Below, in pieces: positions 8,151-16,829 of a DNA stretch of 64,000 bases. A model generated the notes under the pieces. The model did not search any database, was not told the origin of the DNA, and worked only from the letters and a program-made list of their open reading frames with translations. Numbering within the stretch: position 1 is the first letter of the stretch; each line of letters begins with the position of its first letter. The stretch spans positions 1,867 through 65,866 of the forward strand of contig JBJMNK010000116.1 of NCBI GenBank assembly GCA_045804265.1, written 5' to 3'. Both the position numbers and the translations under genes were made by a program. The DNA comes from Gemmatimonadaceae bacterium (GTDB lineage: Bacteria > Gemmatimonadota > Gemmatimonadetes > Gemmatimonadales > Gemmatimonadaceae).

Positions 8151-10202
8151 GTGATCACCCACCGGTGGTCGAGGGGCCCGCCGCCATCAATGCTGTCACG
8201 GCGCAGGGCCAGCGCGGCGGACAGCGGTGACCCGGAGCGGGCGTCGGACGTCACCTGCATAGACGGGGCGCGAGCCCCTCGCGGGTCGCGCCGGCAGGGA
8301 GCCGGGCGACGCGCGGGGAGAGCGTCGCACCTCCTTTCCAGTCAGCACCGCTTGTCGAAACGTTTGCAGCTCGGGCTCGCCGCCCGCAGCGTCCGCTTGT
8401 TCGCCGCGCCTAACGCGCGCCGCATCAGCCTCACGCTCCTCCTCTCGCTGGCCGTCGCGGTCGCCTCCGCATACGAGCCGCTCCTCCTCAAGCGCGTCGT
8501 CGACCGGCTCGGCGTCGCCACCGCGCTGGGTGCCAGCGGGGTTGCATCGCGTCATGCGCTCGTCGCGGTGGTGATGCTCTTCGCCGCCGTGCTGACCGGC
8601 CGCATCCTCGGCGCAGCCTGGGTGAGCACGTCGGCGTGCGCGGTGCGGCTGAACATGGAGTACCAGGTTCGCCAGCGGGTCGCGGCGAAGCTCAGCGTCC
8701 TGTCATCGAAGACGCATGGCGAGATCGGGACCGGCGGGCTCCGCTACGCGATCGACGAGAGTGCGCCGCAGAGCGCGCGTGCATTCAGCGACATCGTCTT
8801 CCGGCTCTTTCCGACGATCGCTTACGTCGCGGTGGCCGCGTGGGGGATGACGCATCTCGACGGCGCGATCAGCGCCGCGGTGCTGCTGCTCGCGCCGATT
8901 CCGGCACTCGTCGCGCTCGTTGCCAAGCGCGCGCAGACGCGGCGCGACCGCATGCTGCACGGGTTCTGGATGCGCCTCTGGGGGCGCTACACCGAGATGC
9001 TCAACGGGATGGGCACGGTGCGCGCGTTCGGGATGGAGCGCGTCGAGGAACGGCAGCTGATGCGCCGGATGCGCTGGGCGTTCGCCAGCATCCAGCGCGG
9101 GGTCCATGTCGATGCGCGCGTGACGGTCGCCGCCGGACTGGCCGAGCTCGCGGCGCGCGTGGTCGTCCTGACGTTAGGCGGGTTCCTCGTCGTGCGGGGC
9201 GAGCTCACCGTCGGCTCGCTGCTCGCGTTCCTCGGCTACGTCGGCGGCGTCTTCGCGCCGATCCAGCAGATGGTCGACCTGTACCCGACGGCGCGCAAGG
9301 CGGGCGTCGCGCTCGAATCGGTGTTCACCGTGCTCGACGCGGAAGAGGAAGCGCCCGACGTGCCCGAGGCGATGCCGTGCGCACCGATCCGCGGCAAGGT
9401 TACGTTCGAGGGTGTCAGCTTCGGGTATCGCGAGCATCAGCGCGCGCTCGACCAGTTCGACGTCGTCGTGAACGCCGGCGAGACGGTCGCGCTGGTCGGT
9501 CCGTCGGGAAGCGGGAAGTCGACGGTGTTCCGGATGCTGCAACGCGTGCACAACCCGACCAGCGGCCGGGTGCTGATCGACGGGGCCGACCTGCGGACGC
9601 TCGAGATCGCGACGGTGCGGCAGCAGTTCGGCGTCGTCCCGCAGGACGTGGTCCTGTTCAACGACTCGATCGCGGCGAACATCTCGTACGGGCGCCCGAC
9701 CGCGAAGCGCGGCGAGGTGATGGCGGCGGCGATGGCCGCGAACGCGCACGAGTTCATCATGCGGCTGCCTAACGGCTACGACACGCGCGTCGGCGAGGGC
9801 GGACGCGGGCTGTCGGGGGGCCAGCGGCAACGCATCGCGATCGCCCGCGCGTTCCTGGTCAACCCGGCGGTGCTGCTGTTCGACGAAGCGACCGCGGCAC
9901 TCGACACCGAGAGCGAAGAGGCGGTGCAGCAGGCGCTGCGTGCCTTCCGCCGCGGGCGGACGACGTTCATCATCGCGCACCGCCTGAACACGGTGCGCGA
10001 TGCCGACCGCATCCTCGTGGTGAGCGACGGCCGCATCGTCGGCGACGGAACACACGACGCGCTCGTCGCGAGCTGCCCAGCGTATGCACGACTGGTACGG
10101 CACCAGCTCGGCGAAGCGCCCGAACCCCCTGCGGACGAGGCGACAGCGCCGCAGGCACCCGGCCTGCCGATCATGGACGTCGTCGCCGAGCGCGCCGCCT
10201 AG
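8151..10202 (+). CDS. ABC exporter, fused permease/ATP-binding protein (MsbA-like); start uncertain (8151 GTG, 8190 ATG or 8352 TTG)
   Basis: Six-TM exporter domain followed by Walker A GPSGSGKST, signature LSGGQRQRIAIARA and Walker B LLFDEATAALD. About 90 aa precede TM1. Only 18 nt separate 8151 from the divergent HAD gene, so a later start is plausible. Confidence 0.9.
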   Translation: MITHRWSRGPPPSMLSRRRASAADSGDPERASDVTCIDGARAPRGSRRQGAGRRAGRASHLLSSQHRLSKRLQLGLAARSVRLFAAPNARRISLTLLLSLAVAVASAYEPLLLKRVVDRLGVATALGASGVASRHALVAVVMLFAAVLTGRILGAAWVSTSACAVRLNMEYQVRQRVAAKLSVLSSKTHGEIGTGGLRYAIDESAPQSARAFSDIVFRLFPTIAYVAVAAWGMTHLDGAISAAVLLLAPIPALVALVAKRAQTRRDRMLHGFWMRLWGRYTEMLNGMGTVRAFGMERVEERQLMRRMRWAFASIQRGVHVDARVTVAAGLAELAARVVVLTLGGFLVVRGELTVGSLLAFLGYVGGVFAPIQQMVDLYPTARKAGVALESVFTVLDAEEEAPDVPEAMPCAPIRGKVTFEGVSFGYREHQRALDQFDVVVNAGETVALVGPSGSGKSTVFRMLQRVHNPTSGRVLIDGADLRTLEIATVRQQFGVVPQDVVLFNDSIAANISYGRPTAKRGEVMAAAMAANAHEFIMRLPNGYDTRVGEGGRGLSGGQRQRIAIARAFLVNPAVLLFDEATAALDTESEEAVQQALRAFRRGRTTFIIAHRLNTVRDADRILVVSDGRIVGDGTHDALVASCPAYARLVRHQLGEAPEPPADEATAPQAPGLPIMDVVAERAA

Positions 10203-10309
10203 CGGCGAGGGGAACCGAGGGGAGCTGCGACGACGACGCGGGCACGACCGTTGCCTCTCGTTCGGGAGTCAACCGTCGTGGCAGGTCATCTCCTCCGGAG
10301 CTAGGCAAC

Positions 10310-10561
10310 GTGATCATCACCATCATCGTCGGCATCATCGCTGGCTTTCTCGCCGGAAAGCTGATGAAGGGCTCGGGCTACGGTATCCTGATGGACCTGT
10401 TGCTCGGGTTGGTCGGAGGGCTGATTGGCGGGTGGGTCCTGCGTGCCGTTGGCGTCGGGGTGTCCGGCGGCATCATCTGGTCGATCGTCGTCGCGACGCT
10501 TGGCGCAGTGATCCTCGTCTGGCTGGTTCGCCTGATCACCGGGAATCGCGCCCGCGTCTGA
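10310..10561 (+). CDS. GlsB/YeaQ/YmgE family (transglycosylase-associated) stress membrane protein
   Basis: 83-aa protein IIVGIIAGFLAGKLMKGSGYGILMDLLLGLVGGLIGGW, typical of the family. GTG start. Confidence 0.8.
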   Translation: MIITIIVGIIAGFLAGKLMKGSGYGILMDLLLGLVGGLIGGWVLRAVGVGVSGGIIWSIVVATLGAVILVWLVRLITGNRARV

Positions 10562-10586
10562 CGCTGAATGAATCGATAGCGAAGTC

Positions 10587-10623
10587 GAACGCCCGCCTGC
10601 GATTGGTTCGCAGGCGGGCGTTC
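10587..10623. terminator. Bidirectional intrinsic-terminator-like hairpin between convergent genes
   Basis: GAACGCCCGCCTGCGA-TTGGT-TCGCAGGCGGGCGTTC, a perfect 16-bp stem followed by GATATTCC. Confidence 0.6.
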
Positions 10624-10651
10624 GATATTCCAGGGCGGTGCGCGGCGCTGT

Positions 10652-11260
10652 CTACCGTGCGCGGTGCGGTCGCGCCCGGAGGAGGACCTCCGACGCGATG
10701 CCAACCAGGATGACGCCGGCCATCAGCGCGAGCGGAGTCTTGCCAGTCATGCGATACGCACCCGACGTCACCAGCAGGGCGGTCGCGGCGGCGGGCGGGT
10801 GGTAGGCACGCAGCTGCGGCTGCACGAGGACCATCATCGCGAGCGCGCTTGCGCTCGCCCACACCCGCGGCATCGACATCGTCGCGGCGGCGAGCAGCGA
10901 TGGCGCGCTGGTCGCGTTGAGAAGCAGGAGCGCGAGATAGGCGCACCCGATCGCGACCAGGTGCCCGACGACGATCGAGCGGAAGCGGCTCGTCTCGTGC
11001 CCCGGATTGCTGGCGACGATGAGGATGGTCGGACCGAGGCCGGCGAAGAGCCACGGCTGGTGCAGCCAGAAGCCGATTGCGCCGACGACGATGATGAGCG
11101 CGGCGCAGACGCCGGGTGCCCAGGCCATCTCGATCAGGTGGGCCGCTGAGCGTCCGCGAAGCATGTCGGTGAAGCTCGACAGCTTGATGGGGGTGCCGGT
11201 GGTCCGCACCGCCGCAGGAGTCGGGTAGTTCGACATGGCATCAGGGGGTTGGGGAGGCAT
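10652..11260 (-). CDS. HPP family membrane protein (start possibly 11236)
   Basis: Multi-TM protein with the RAYHPPAAATALL (HPP) motif. Confidence 0.75.
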   Translation of the reverse strand: MPPQPPDAMSNYPTPAAVRTTGTPIKLSSFTDMLRGRSAAHLIEMAWAPGVCAALIIVVGAIGFWLHQPWLFAGLGPTILIVASNPGHETSRFRSIVVGHLVAIGCAYLALLLLNATSAPSLLAAATMSMPRVWASASALAMMVLVQPQLRAYHPPAAATALLVTSGAYRMTGKTPLALMAGVILVGIASEVLLRARPHRAR

Positions 11261-11552
11261 GGGGCGGCGCGATCCGAGCGCGACTCGCCCATGTATGCCG
11301 ACTCGCTGCCTCGGCTCGAGTCACGCCGGAAATCTCCGGTTTATGTGAGCCCCGTCACTGCAATCTGATGCGGCCTCGGCGGCGTAACTCGCCCGTAAGG
11401 CATCCGGCGACTGCGTCGGGGTCATTCGGGTCGTAGTCGTGACGATACGCTGACATCGGCACACGGTCTGCCCATAGAAGGAATTGGTGCGCGTGGTGGA
11501 CATGAGCGATCGCTCTCCCGCGCACCCGAAAAACCACAGGAGAAAAAGCACC

Positions 11553-12479
11553 ATGAAACGACATCTCTCGAATTCGATCGTCTGCGGCCTCGCGGCCGTG
11601 GTCACCCTGGGTCTCGCAGCGACTGCGAACGCCCAGAGTACCGATTCAACGAGAAGCACGACGTCCACGCGAAGCACCGCGACCAGCCGTTCGCGCGTGA
11701 CGTCGTCGCGGCGGATCCCGGTCCGCAAGGATGCGGCGAACAACAACACGACATCGAGCGAGTCGGCCGGTGCGGTGGCACCGACGCCTAACGCTGACTC
11801 GCTGGCGGCGGCGCAGCGGCAGGACTCGATCGCCAACGCCGAGCGGATGCGTCAGGACTCGATCGCGAACGCCGACCGGATGCGACAGGACTCGATCGCG
11901 GCAGTGCAGCGTGCGCGGCAGGACTCGATCGCGAACGCGGAGCGGATGCGCCAGGATTCGATCGCGCGCGCCGACTCGATCGCGCGGTGGAACCTCGCGC
12001 ACATGCGTCGCGCCGGCACGGGCCTGTACTTCCAGGTCGCGGGCGGCCCGAGCTACCCGAAGAGTGACTTCGACAACGCGTTCGATCGCGGCTTCAACGT
12101 GACCGGGTCGGTCGGCTACCACCCGATGACGTCACCCGTCGGTATTCGCTTCGATGTCGGCTACGATCGTTTCAACCCGACGACCTCGATCACCGGCACG
12201 AGTGACAAGCTGGCGCTCTGGTCCGGTCTAGCCGACGTGACGCTTCGCATCCCGAAGATGTGGGCGGTCTCGCCGTACCTCCTCGGCGGCGGCGGTGTCG
12301 CGCACTTCTCGGCGTACAACGGTGGGAACACGATGACGAAGGGCCAGTGGAACGCGGGCGGCGGCATCGGGTTCGGGCTCGGCAACGTGAAGCTGTTCGT
12401 CGAGTCGCGCTACATGCACGTCGCGACGCCGAACACGGCGACGAGCTACGTCCCGATCGTCCTCGGCATCTCGCTCTGA
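11553..12479 (+). CDS. Outer-membrane beta-barrel protein with Ser/Thr/Arg-rich spacer and five 11-aa repeats
   Basis: AGGAG lies upstream. Signal peptide MKRHLSNSIVCGLAAVVTLGLAATANA|QS. Repeats RQDSIANAERM x5. The C-terminal region has alternating beta-strand patterns (GLYFQVAGG...VGYDRF...GGGGVAHF...FVESRYMH...IVLGISL) typical of small OMP barrels. Confidence 0.7.
   Translation: MKRHLSNSIVCGLAAVVTLGLAATANAQSTDSTRSTTSTRSTATSRSRVTSSRRIPVRKDAANNNTTSSESAGAVAPTPNADSLAAAQRQDSIANAERMRQDSIANADRMRQDSIAAVQRARQDSIANAERMRQDSIARADSIARWNLAHMRRAGTGLYFQVAGGPSYPKSDFDNAFDRGFNVTGSVGYHPMTSPVGIRFDVGYDRFNPTTSITGTSDKLALWSGLADVTLRIPKMWAVSPYLLGGGGVAHFSAYNGGNTMTKGQWNAGGGIGFGLGNVKLFVESRYMHVATPNTATSYVPIVLGISL
11820..11987 (+). 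repeat. In-frame 33-nt tandem repeat, about 5 units
   Basis: Unit CAGGACTCGATCGCSAACGCSGASCGGATGCGN, repeated head-to-tail and encoding (R)QDSIANAERM. Confidence 0.8.
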
Positions 12480-13324
12480 TGCAGCACGGTTTGCGCACGG
12501 CGTTGGCCGCGCTCCTGGTGGTCGCCGGAACACCGGCGATCGCCTCGGCGCAGCGCCACGCCGCGCGCACGCCGCGCGCCGAGCGCGCGCGGCAGGTAAG
12601 GCTCGAACGCGGACCGGACACCGCGTACACGATCGAAAGCGCGCCCGAGCCCGACACGCTGCCGACTTTCCGTTCGCGCAGCGACAGCCTGATGTCGGCG
12701 CGAACGCTGCGCGCAGCGGTGCGCGATCGGGCGTTGCGGCTGGTGGTGTCGATCGACCAGAAGCAGCTCTGGGTGATCGAAGGGTCGGATACGCTGCACA
12801 CCGCGGCGGTCAACGTCGGGATGGGGCGGTTGCTCGAGTTCGGCGGGCGGCGCTGGACGTTCGCGACGCCGCGCGGCGTGCGGTCGATCATCGCCAAGTC
12901 GGCGGCGCCGAAGTGGCACCCGCCGGACTGGGCGTACGCGGAAGTCGCGCGCGAGTACGATCTCAAACTCGCGCATCTTCCGGCGAAGGGCTCGGTGACG
13001 CTGCGCGACGGCCGCAAGCTGCTCGTGCGCGACAGCCTCGTCGGGATCATGATGCCGGACGGCTTCGCGCCGCTGCCGGTGGACGAGCACATCGTATTCG
13101 ACTCGACGCTGTTCGTCCCGCCGTTAGGCACCGCCAACCGCGAGATCGATGGCGAGCTGGGGAACTACCGGCTCGACATGGGCAACGGGTACCTGTTGCA
13201 TGGAACGTCGAGCGGATCGACGCGGCGTGCGGCGACGACGCACGGCTGCGTGCGCCTCGGCGATGACGACCTGCAGTGGCTGTACGACTTCGTTCCCGTC
13301 GGGACGAAAGTCTACATCTACTAG
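12479..13324 (+). CDS. L,D-transpeptidase (YkuD domain)
   Basis: The ATG overlaps the upstream stop (ATGA at 12477-12481). Signal peptide MQHGLRTALAALLVVAGTPAIASA. Catalytic motif LHGTSSGSTRRAATTHGCVRL. Confidence 0.85.
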   Translation: MQHGLRTALAALLVVAGTPAIASAQRHAARTPRAERARQVRLERGPDTAYTIESAPEPDTLPTFRSRSDSLMSARTLRAAVRDRALRLVVSIDQKQLWVIEGSDTLHTAAVNVGMGRLLEFGGRRWTFATPRGVRSIIAKSAAPKWHPPDWAYAEVAREYDLKLAHLPAKGSVTLRDGRKLLVRDSLVGIMMPDGFAPLPVDEHIVFDSTLFVPPLGTANREIDGELGNYRLDMGNGYLLHGTSSGSTRRAATTHGCVRLGDDDLQWLYDFVPVGTKVYIY

Positions 13325-13331
13325 AGCAGTC

Positions 13332-13355
13332 GGGGCGCAGTCGCGCCTGCGCCCC
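13332..13355 (+). terminator. Short GC hairpin after the L,D-transpeptidase gene
   Basis: GGGGCGCAG-TCGCGC-CTGCGCCCC, 8 nt after the stop. Confidence 0.4.
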
Positions 13356-13572
13356 ACGCTGACGCCGCGCGTGACATGTCACACAACATCGCACCGGACT
13401 CGGCGCGGCCACATCGCGCCACGCGCGCAATCACGTCACCGTTAGGCGCCCAGTCGTGCGCGGTCCACGGTACGGGCACGGCGTCTGCCTTGCCATCTGT
13501 TTACCGCGCGTGGCGGCCACCATCGGTCCGCGACACCGGCGCGCAGCAACCACAGGAGCAGGAGGTAGCAGC

Positions 13573-14814
13573 ATGAGACGCCCATCGGCGATGACGATCG
13601 TCTGCGGCATTACGGCCGCGATCACACTCGGAATGGCGAGCACCGCGCGTGCGCAATCGGGCTCGACGAGCTCGACGTCCAGCACAAGCGCTGACACGAC
13701 CCACCGCGGGACGCGCGTGCGCAGCTCGACGAGGAAGGGGAAGTCGTCGAGCGGGTCGACCGCACGGAGATCATCACGCAGCTCTTCGGCGAGCGGGTCG
13801 AGCAGCTCGACGCGGCGAACGGGGTCGGCGCGTCGATCCTCGTCGAGCCGCACGTCGCCGCGTGACACGAGCATGAGCGGGAGCCGGAACGGGATGAGCG
13901 GCGGGAACAGCGGGTTGGTGAACGGCACGTCAAATGGCTCGATCGGGACGACCGGAGCGGGGAACGCGAACGGCTCCTACAATGGCTCGTACAACGGGTC
14001 GGCGGGCTACAACAATGGAGCGGTGAACGGCGCCAACGGCAGCCAGTATCCGTGCAACTACGGCCTGTCGAATGGCGGCGTGAATGGCACGATGAATGGC
14101 ACGATGAATGGCACGATGAATGGCACGATGAATGGCACGATGAACGGTACGACCAACGGCACGATTAATGGCACGGCGAATAGCTCGATGAATGGAACCG
14201 CGCCCGGCACGAACAACGGTTCAGTGAACGGCACGTCTAGCGCGACCACGAATGGGGGCGTTGCAGGAAACGCGTATCCGCAAGGGAATAACGCCGGCAC
14301 GAACGGCACCAATACCGCCAGCACGTATCCGGGTACCAGCGTCGCGGCGAACGGCGGCACGACGGGCGGCACGAGCAACAACGGCACGAACGTCGGCGTC
14401 AGCGGCGGCGTCAACAGCGGGATGAACAGCGGCGTGAACAACGGGACCACTGGCGGCGTGAACAACGGAACGAACGCTGGCGTCTACAACGGCACGAATG
14501 GTGGCGTGAACAACGGGACGGGAACAAACAGCGTGAACTGCACGCCTAACGGTTCGAACAGCGGCTACCAGGGTACGAACCAGGGGAACGGTCAGGGCAC
14601 GAACACCAATGGCTATCCCGGCACGGCGCCGCGCAATGGCACGAACGGGACGAACGGGACCAATGGTACGAACGGCACTCGCCAGCCGAATGGATCGGGC
14701 AGCGGGTCGACCGGAAGCTCCACCGGCACCACCGGTAACACCGGCGTCGGCACCGGTACCGGGACTGGCACCGGCAGTGGGAGCACCGGCACCGGCGGGC
14801 GGCCGCCGCGGTAG
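13573..14814 (+). CDS. Secreted low-complexity Asn/Gly/Thr-repeat protein with Ser/Arg-rich N-terminal spacer
   Basis: GGAGCAGGAGG lies upstream. Signal peptide MRRPSAMTIVCGITAAITLGMASTARA|QS. An S/T/R-rich segment follows, then about 300 aa dominated by NGT/NGS/NNG units (for example VNGTMNGTMNGTMNGTMNGTMNGTTNGTINGT and RNGTNGTNGTNGTNGT). The frame was chosen because it alone has an RBS and a signal peptide. Confidence 0.65.
   Translation: MRRPSAMTIVCGITAAITLGMASTARAQSGSTSSTSSTSADTTHRGTRVRSSTRKGKSSSGSTARRSSRSSSASGSSSSTRRTGSARRSSSSRTSPRDTSMSGSRNGMSGGNSGLVNGTSNGSIGTTGAGNANGSYNGSYNGSAGYNNGAVNGANGSQYPCNYGLSNGGVNGTMNGTMNGTMNGTMNGTMNGTTNGTINGTANSSMNGTAPGTNNGSVNGTSSATTNGGVAGNAYPQGNNAGTNGTNTASTYPGTSVAANGGTTGGTSNNGTNVGVSGGVNSGMNSGVNNGTTGGVNNGTNAGVYNGTNGGVNNGTGTNSVNCTPNGSNSGYQGTNQGNGQGTNTNGYPGTAPRNGTNGTNGTNGTNGTRQPNGSGSGSTGSSTGTTGNTGVGTGTGTGTGSGSTGTGGRPPR
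14080..14175 (+). repeat. In-frame 12-nt tandem repeat, 8 units (xNGT)
   Basis: GTGAATGGCACG, then ATGAATGGCACG x4, then ATGAACGGTACG, ACCAACGGCACG and ATTAATGGCACG. A second 9-nt repeat (AAYGGNACN x5) lies at 14635-14679. Confidence 0.8.
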
Positions 14815-14895
14815 ATCGCACTCGGCGATGGGCCGCACGAACGACGAACAAGCCGATCGGGCCGCTCACGCCTGACGACGAGAAGGAAGTGAACG

Positions 14896-14953
14896 GGAGG
14901 CACAGAGGGCACAGAGGAGTTCGATCAAAACCCTCTGTGCCCTCTGTGCCTCC
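14896..14953. repeat. Family A palindromic element (22-bp arms GGAGGCACAGAGGGCACAGAGG, 14-nt loop)
   Basis: Perfect inverted repeat between convergent genes. Near-identical copies lie at 40864-40924 and 63251-63313. Confidence 0.8.
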
Positions 14954-15133
14954 TGTGGTTGTGTCGTTGCAGTTCGATCTGCTTCGGTCGTCGCCGCTGC
15001 TTCACGGCGTTCGGTTGCGTGATACCAGGCTGACCAGCCGATCGCCCTTGGTCGCGCGACCAGCCGCAACCGCCCGACTCATGATCTGCTGACGGGGCGC
15101 TGCGCTCTGCCGCCATCCCGCGTGCCTCGCTGC

Positions 15134-16078
15134 CTAACGCTGTGGCGCCGGCGCGACCGGCAGCTGCTTCTCCAGCGTGACGTCGAGGGAACGAAGAAAC
15201 GACTCGACCGCGCTCGTGTACCCGGGATCGAGGCCAAGGCGGGCGTCGGCGTCGGCGTGGGATAGATCCTCGCGCAGCACCGACACGCGAACGCCGAGCG
15301 AGTCACCCTTCGCCGCAAATCGATCCGCCCGGTTACAACTCGCAGGGCGCCGGATCGAGCAGACGAGCAGGATCGGCCGCGCCGCGCCGGTCAGCGCGGC
15401 GATCGGCGACACGGAACGCCAGTACGCAGTGTCGCGCCCAAACGCACGATCGTACAAACGCACGTGCGGCGCGCGCATGATCTCCGGAATATCGAGCGCG
15501 CCACTCTCGATCGAGACGACTCCGAGCCATGGGATGATCGGCAGCTCGCGCGTCAGCGACGGCGATGTCGCCAGCAGCGTGACCAGGTGCGCGCCCGCGG
15601 AGTGCCCCATGAGGATGAATCTGGCCGCGCTTCCACCCCACTCGGTGACGCGCTGCTGCGCGACAGCGATCGCGCGCGCGACGTCCTTCGCCTGCTCGAG
15701 CGGGTCGGCCTCGGGCAGCATGCGATAGTTCGTCGAGATCACGATGAAGCCGCGGGGCACCCAGCGCGCGACCTTGTTCCCGGTCACGCCGCGCGCTGAC
15801 TTGTCGCCGTACGCCCACCCGCCGCCGTGCACCATGAAGATCACCGGCGCATCCTTCGCGTCAGGCGGCGCGTACACGTCGAAGCGCTGTCGGAGGTCAG
15901 GACCGAAGCGAACGTTGCGCACGATGCGCGGCGCGGCGGGCGCGGCCTGTCGCGACACAGCCTGTGGTTGCGCGGCCTGCAAGGAGTGGCCGAATGACGC
16001 GCGACACAGCCCGATGCTGACGAGCGCGATCGCGCCAAGGCGGACAGCGCCCGCGGCGCGCGATTGCAACGTTTCCAC
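15134..16078 (-). CDS. Alpha/beta hydrolase (esterase/lipase family), secreted
   Basis: Oxyanion motif VHGGGWAYGD, nucleophile elbow GHSAGAH, and an N-terminal signal-like segment. Confidence 0.85.
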   Translation of the reverse strand: METLQSRAAGAVRLGAIALVSIGLCRASFGHSLQAAQPQAVSRQAAPAAPRIVRNVRFGPDLRQRFDVYAPPDAKDAPVIFMVHGGGWAYGDKSARGVTGNKVARWVPRGFIVISTNYRMLPEADPLEQAKDVARAIAVAQQRVTEWGGSAARFILMGHSAGAHLVTLLATSPSLTRELPIIPWLGVVSIESGALDIPEIMRAPHVRLYDRAFGRDTAYWRSVSPIAALTGAARPILLVCSIRRPASCNRADRFAAKGDSLGVRVSVLREDLSHADADARLGLDPGYTSAVESFLRSLDVTLEKQLPVAPAPQR

Positions 16079-16173
16079 CCCGAAAAATTATCCAGTGCGA
16101 CGAGGCGGCGCAGGTCGGCGCAGATCACCAATCATGCGCCGCTCTCGTCGATCGCGCCGAGCGCTGACCGCGC

Positions 16174-16683
16174 TCAGCGCTCGTCGGCGGTCGGCCCGTA
16201 CATCTGGGGCACCTTCTCGTCGAGCAGCCGCAGGTAGAGGCCGAGCTGCGCGCGATGGTGCACGATGTGGTTGAGCACCATCGACCGCAGCATCTGGTAG
16301 CGCGGCGCGCTCATCATCGTTACGCCCGTCTTCTTCAGCGTCCACGGAACGTTGAAATCGTCGTCCGACGCCGCGGCGAGCGCGGCTCGTCCTGCCGTCG
16401 CGTTGCGGTCGAATTCCGCGAGCAGTGTCGCGGTTGTCTCGATGCTGTAGCCCGGGAACCGCGGACCGCTCGCGGGCATGATGTCGAGCTCAGTGCGCTG
16501 CATCATCATCGGCGCCCAGCCGGGGAGGCGAGCGACGAGCTGCGCGAGATGCGCCAGCGGAAACGACTTCGCGTGGGGCTTCCACTCGCCGCGGCCGTCA
16601 GGCACCCGCTCGAGCACGCGGCGCGTGCTCGGAATCTCGGCGTCGTATTCGGGGAGCAGCAGTTCAGCGATGCGCATGATCAT
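16174..16683 (-). CDS. DinB family protein
   Basis: HLAQLVARL...LNHIVHHRAQLGLYLRL is the typical DinB/YfiT-like four-helix His pattern. The start was chosen at MIMRIAELL. Confidence 0.8.
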   Translation of the reverse strand: MIMRIAELLLPEYDAEIPSTRRVLERVPDGRGEWKPHAKSFPLAHLAQLVARLPGWAPMMMQRTELDIMPASGPRFPGYSIETTATLLAEFDRNATAGRAALAAASDDDFNVPWTLKKTGVTMMSAPRYQMLRSMVLNHIVHHRAQLGLYLRLLDEKVPQMYGPTADER

Positions 16684-16829
16684 CGACCTGGTGAATGGTG
16701 GCGCAGGAGCAGCAGCCACGCGGTGATCCTGCTTGGCGCGCACGGGAAGACGAAGCTACGACGCATGGAACTCCCGCGATAGCGAGGGTGCGGGCTGGCC
16801 GCGGAGGTGGATCGGGGATAAGCTGCGCC

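Noticed and set aside
11820-14679. Tandem repeats (33-nt, 12-nt and 9-nt) as possible CRISPR or minisatellite arrays
   Set aside because: There are no unique spacers. The repeats are contiguous, in-frame and encode peptide repeats inside genes with signal peptides.
14889-15092. Short ORFs encoding HRGHRG-type peptides, for example 14889..15092, 14925..15116, 40798..41010, 62973..63452 and 50252..50677
   Set aside because: They are translations of the palindromic repeat elements. Both strands give mirror peptides and there is no RBS.
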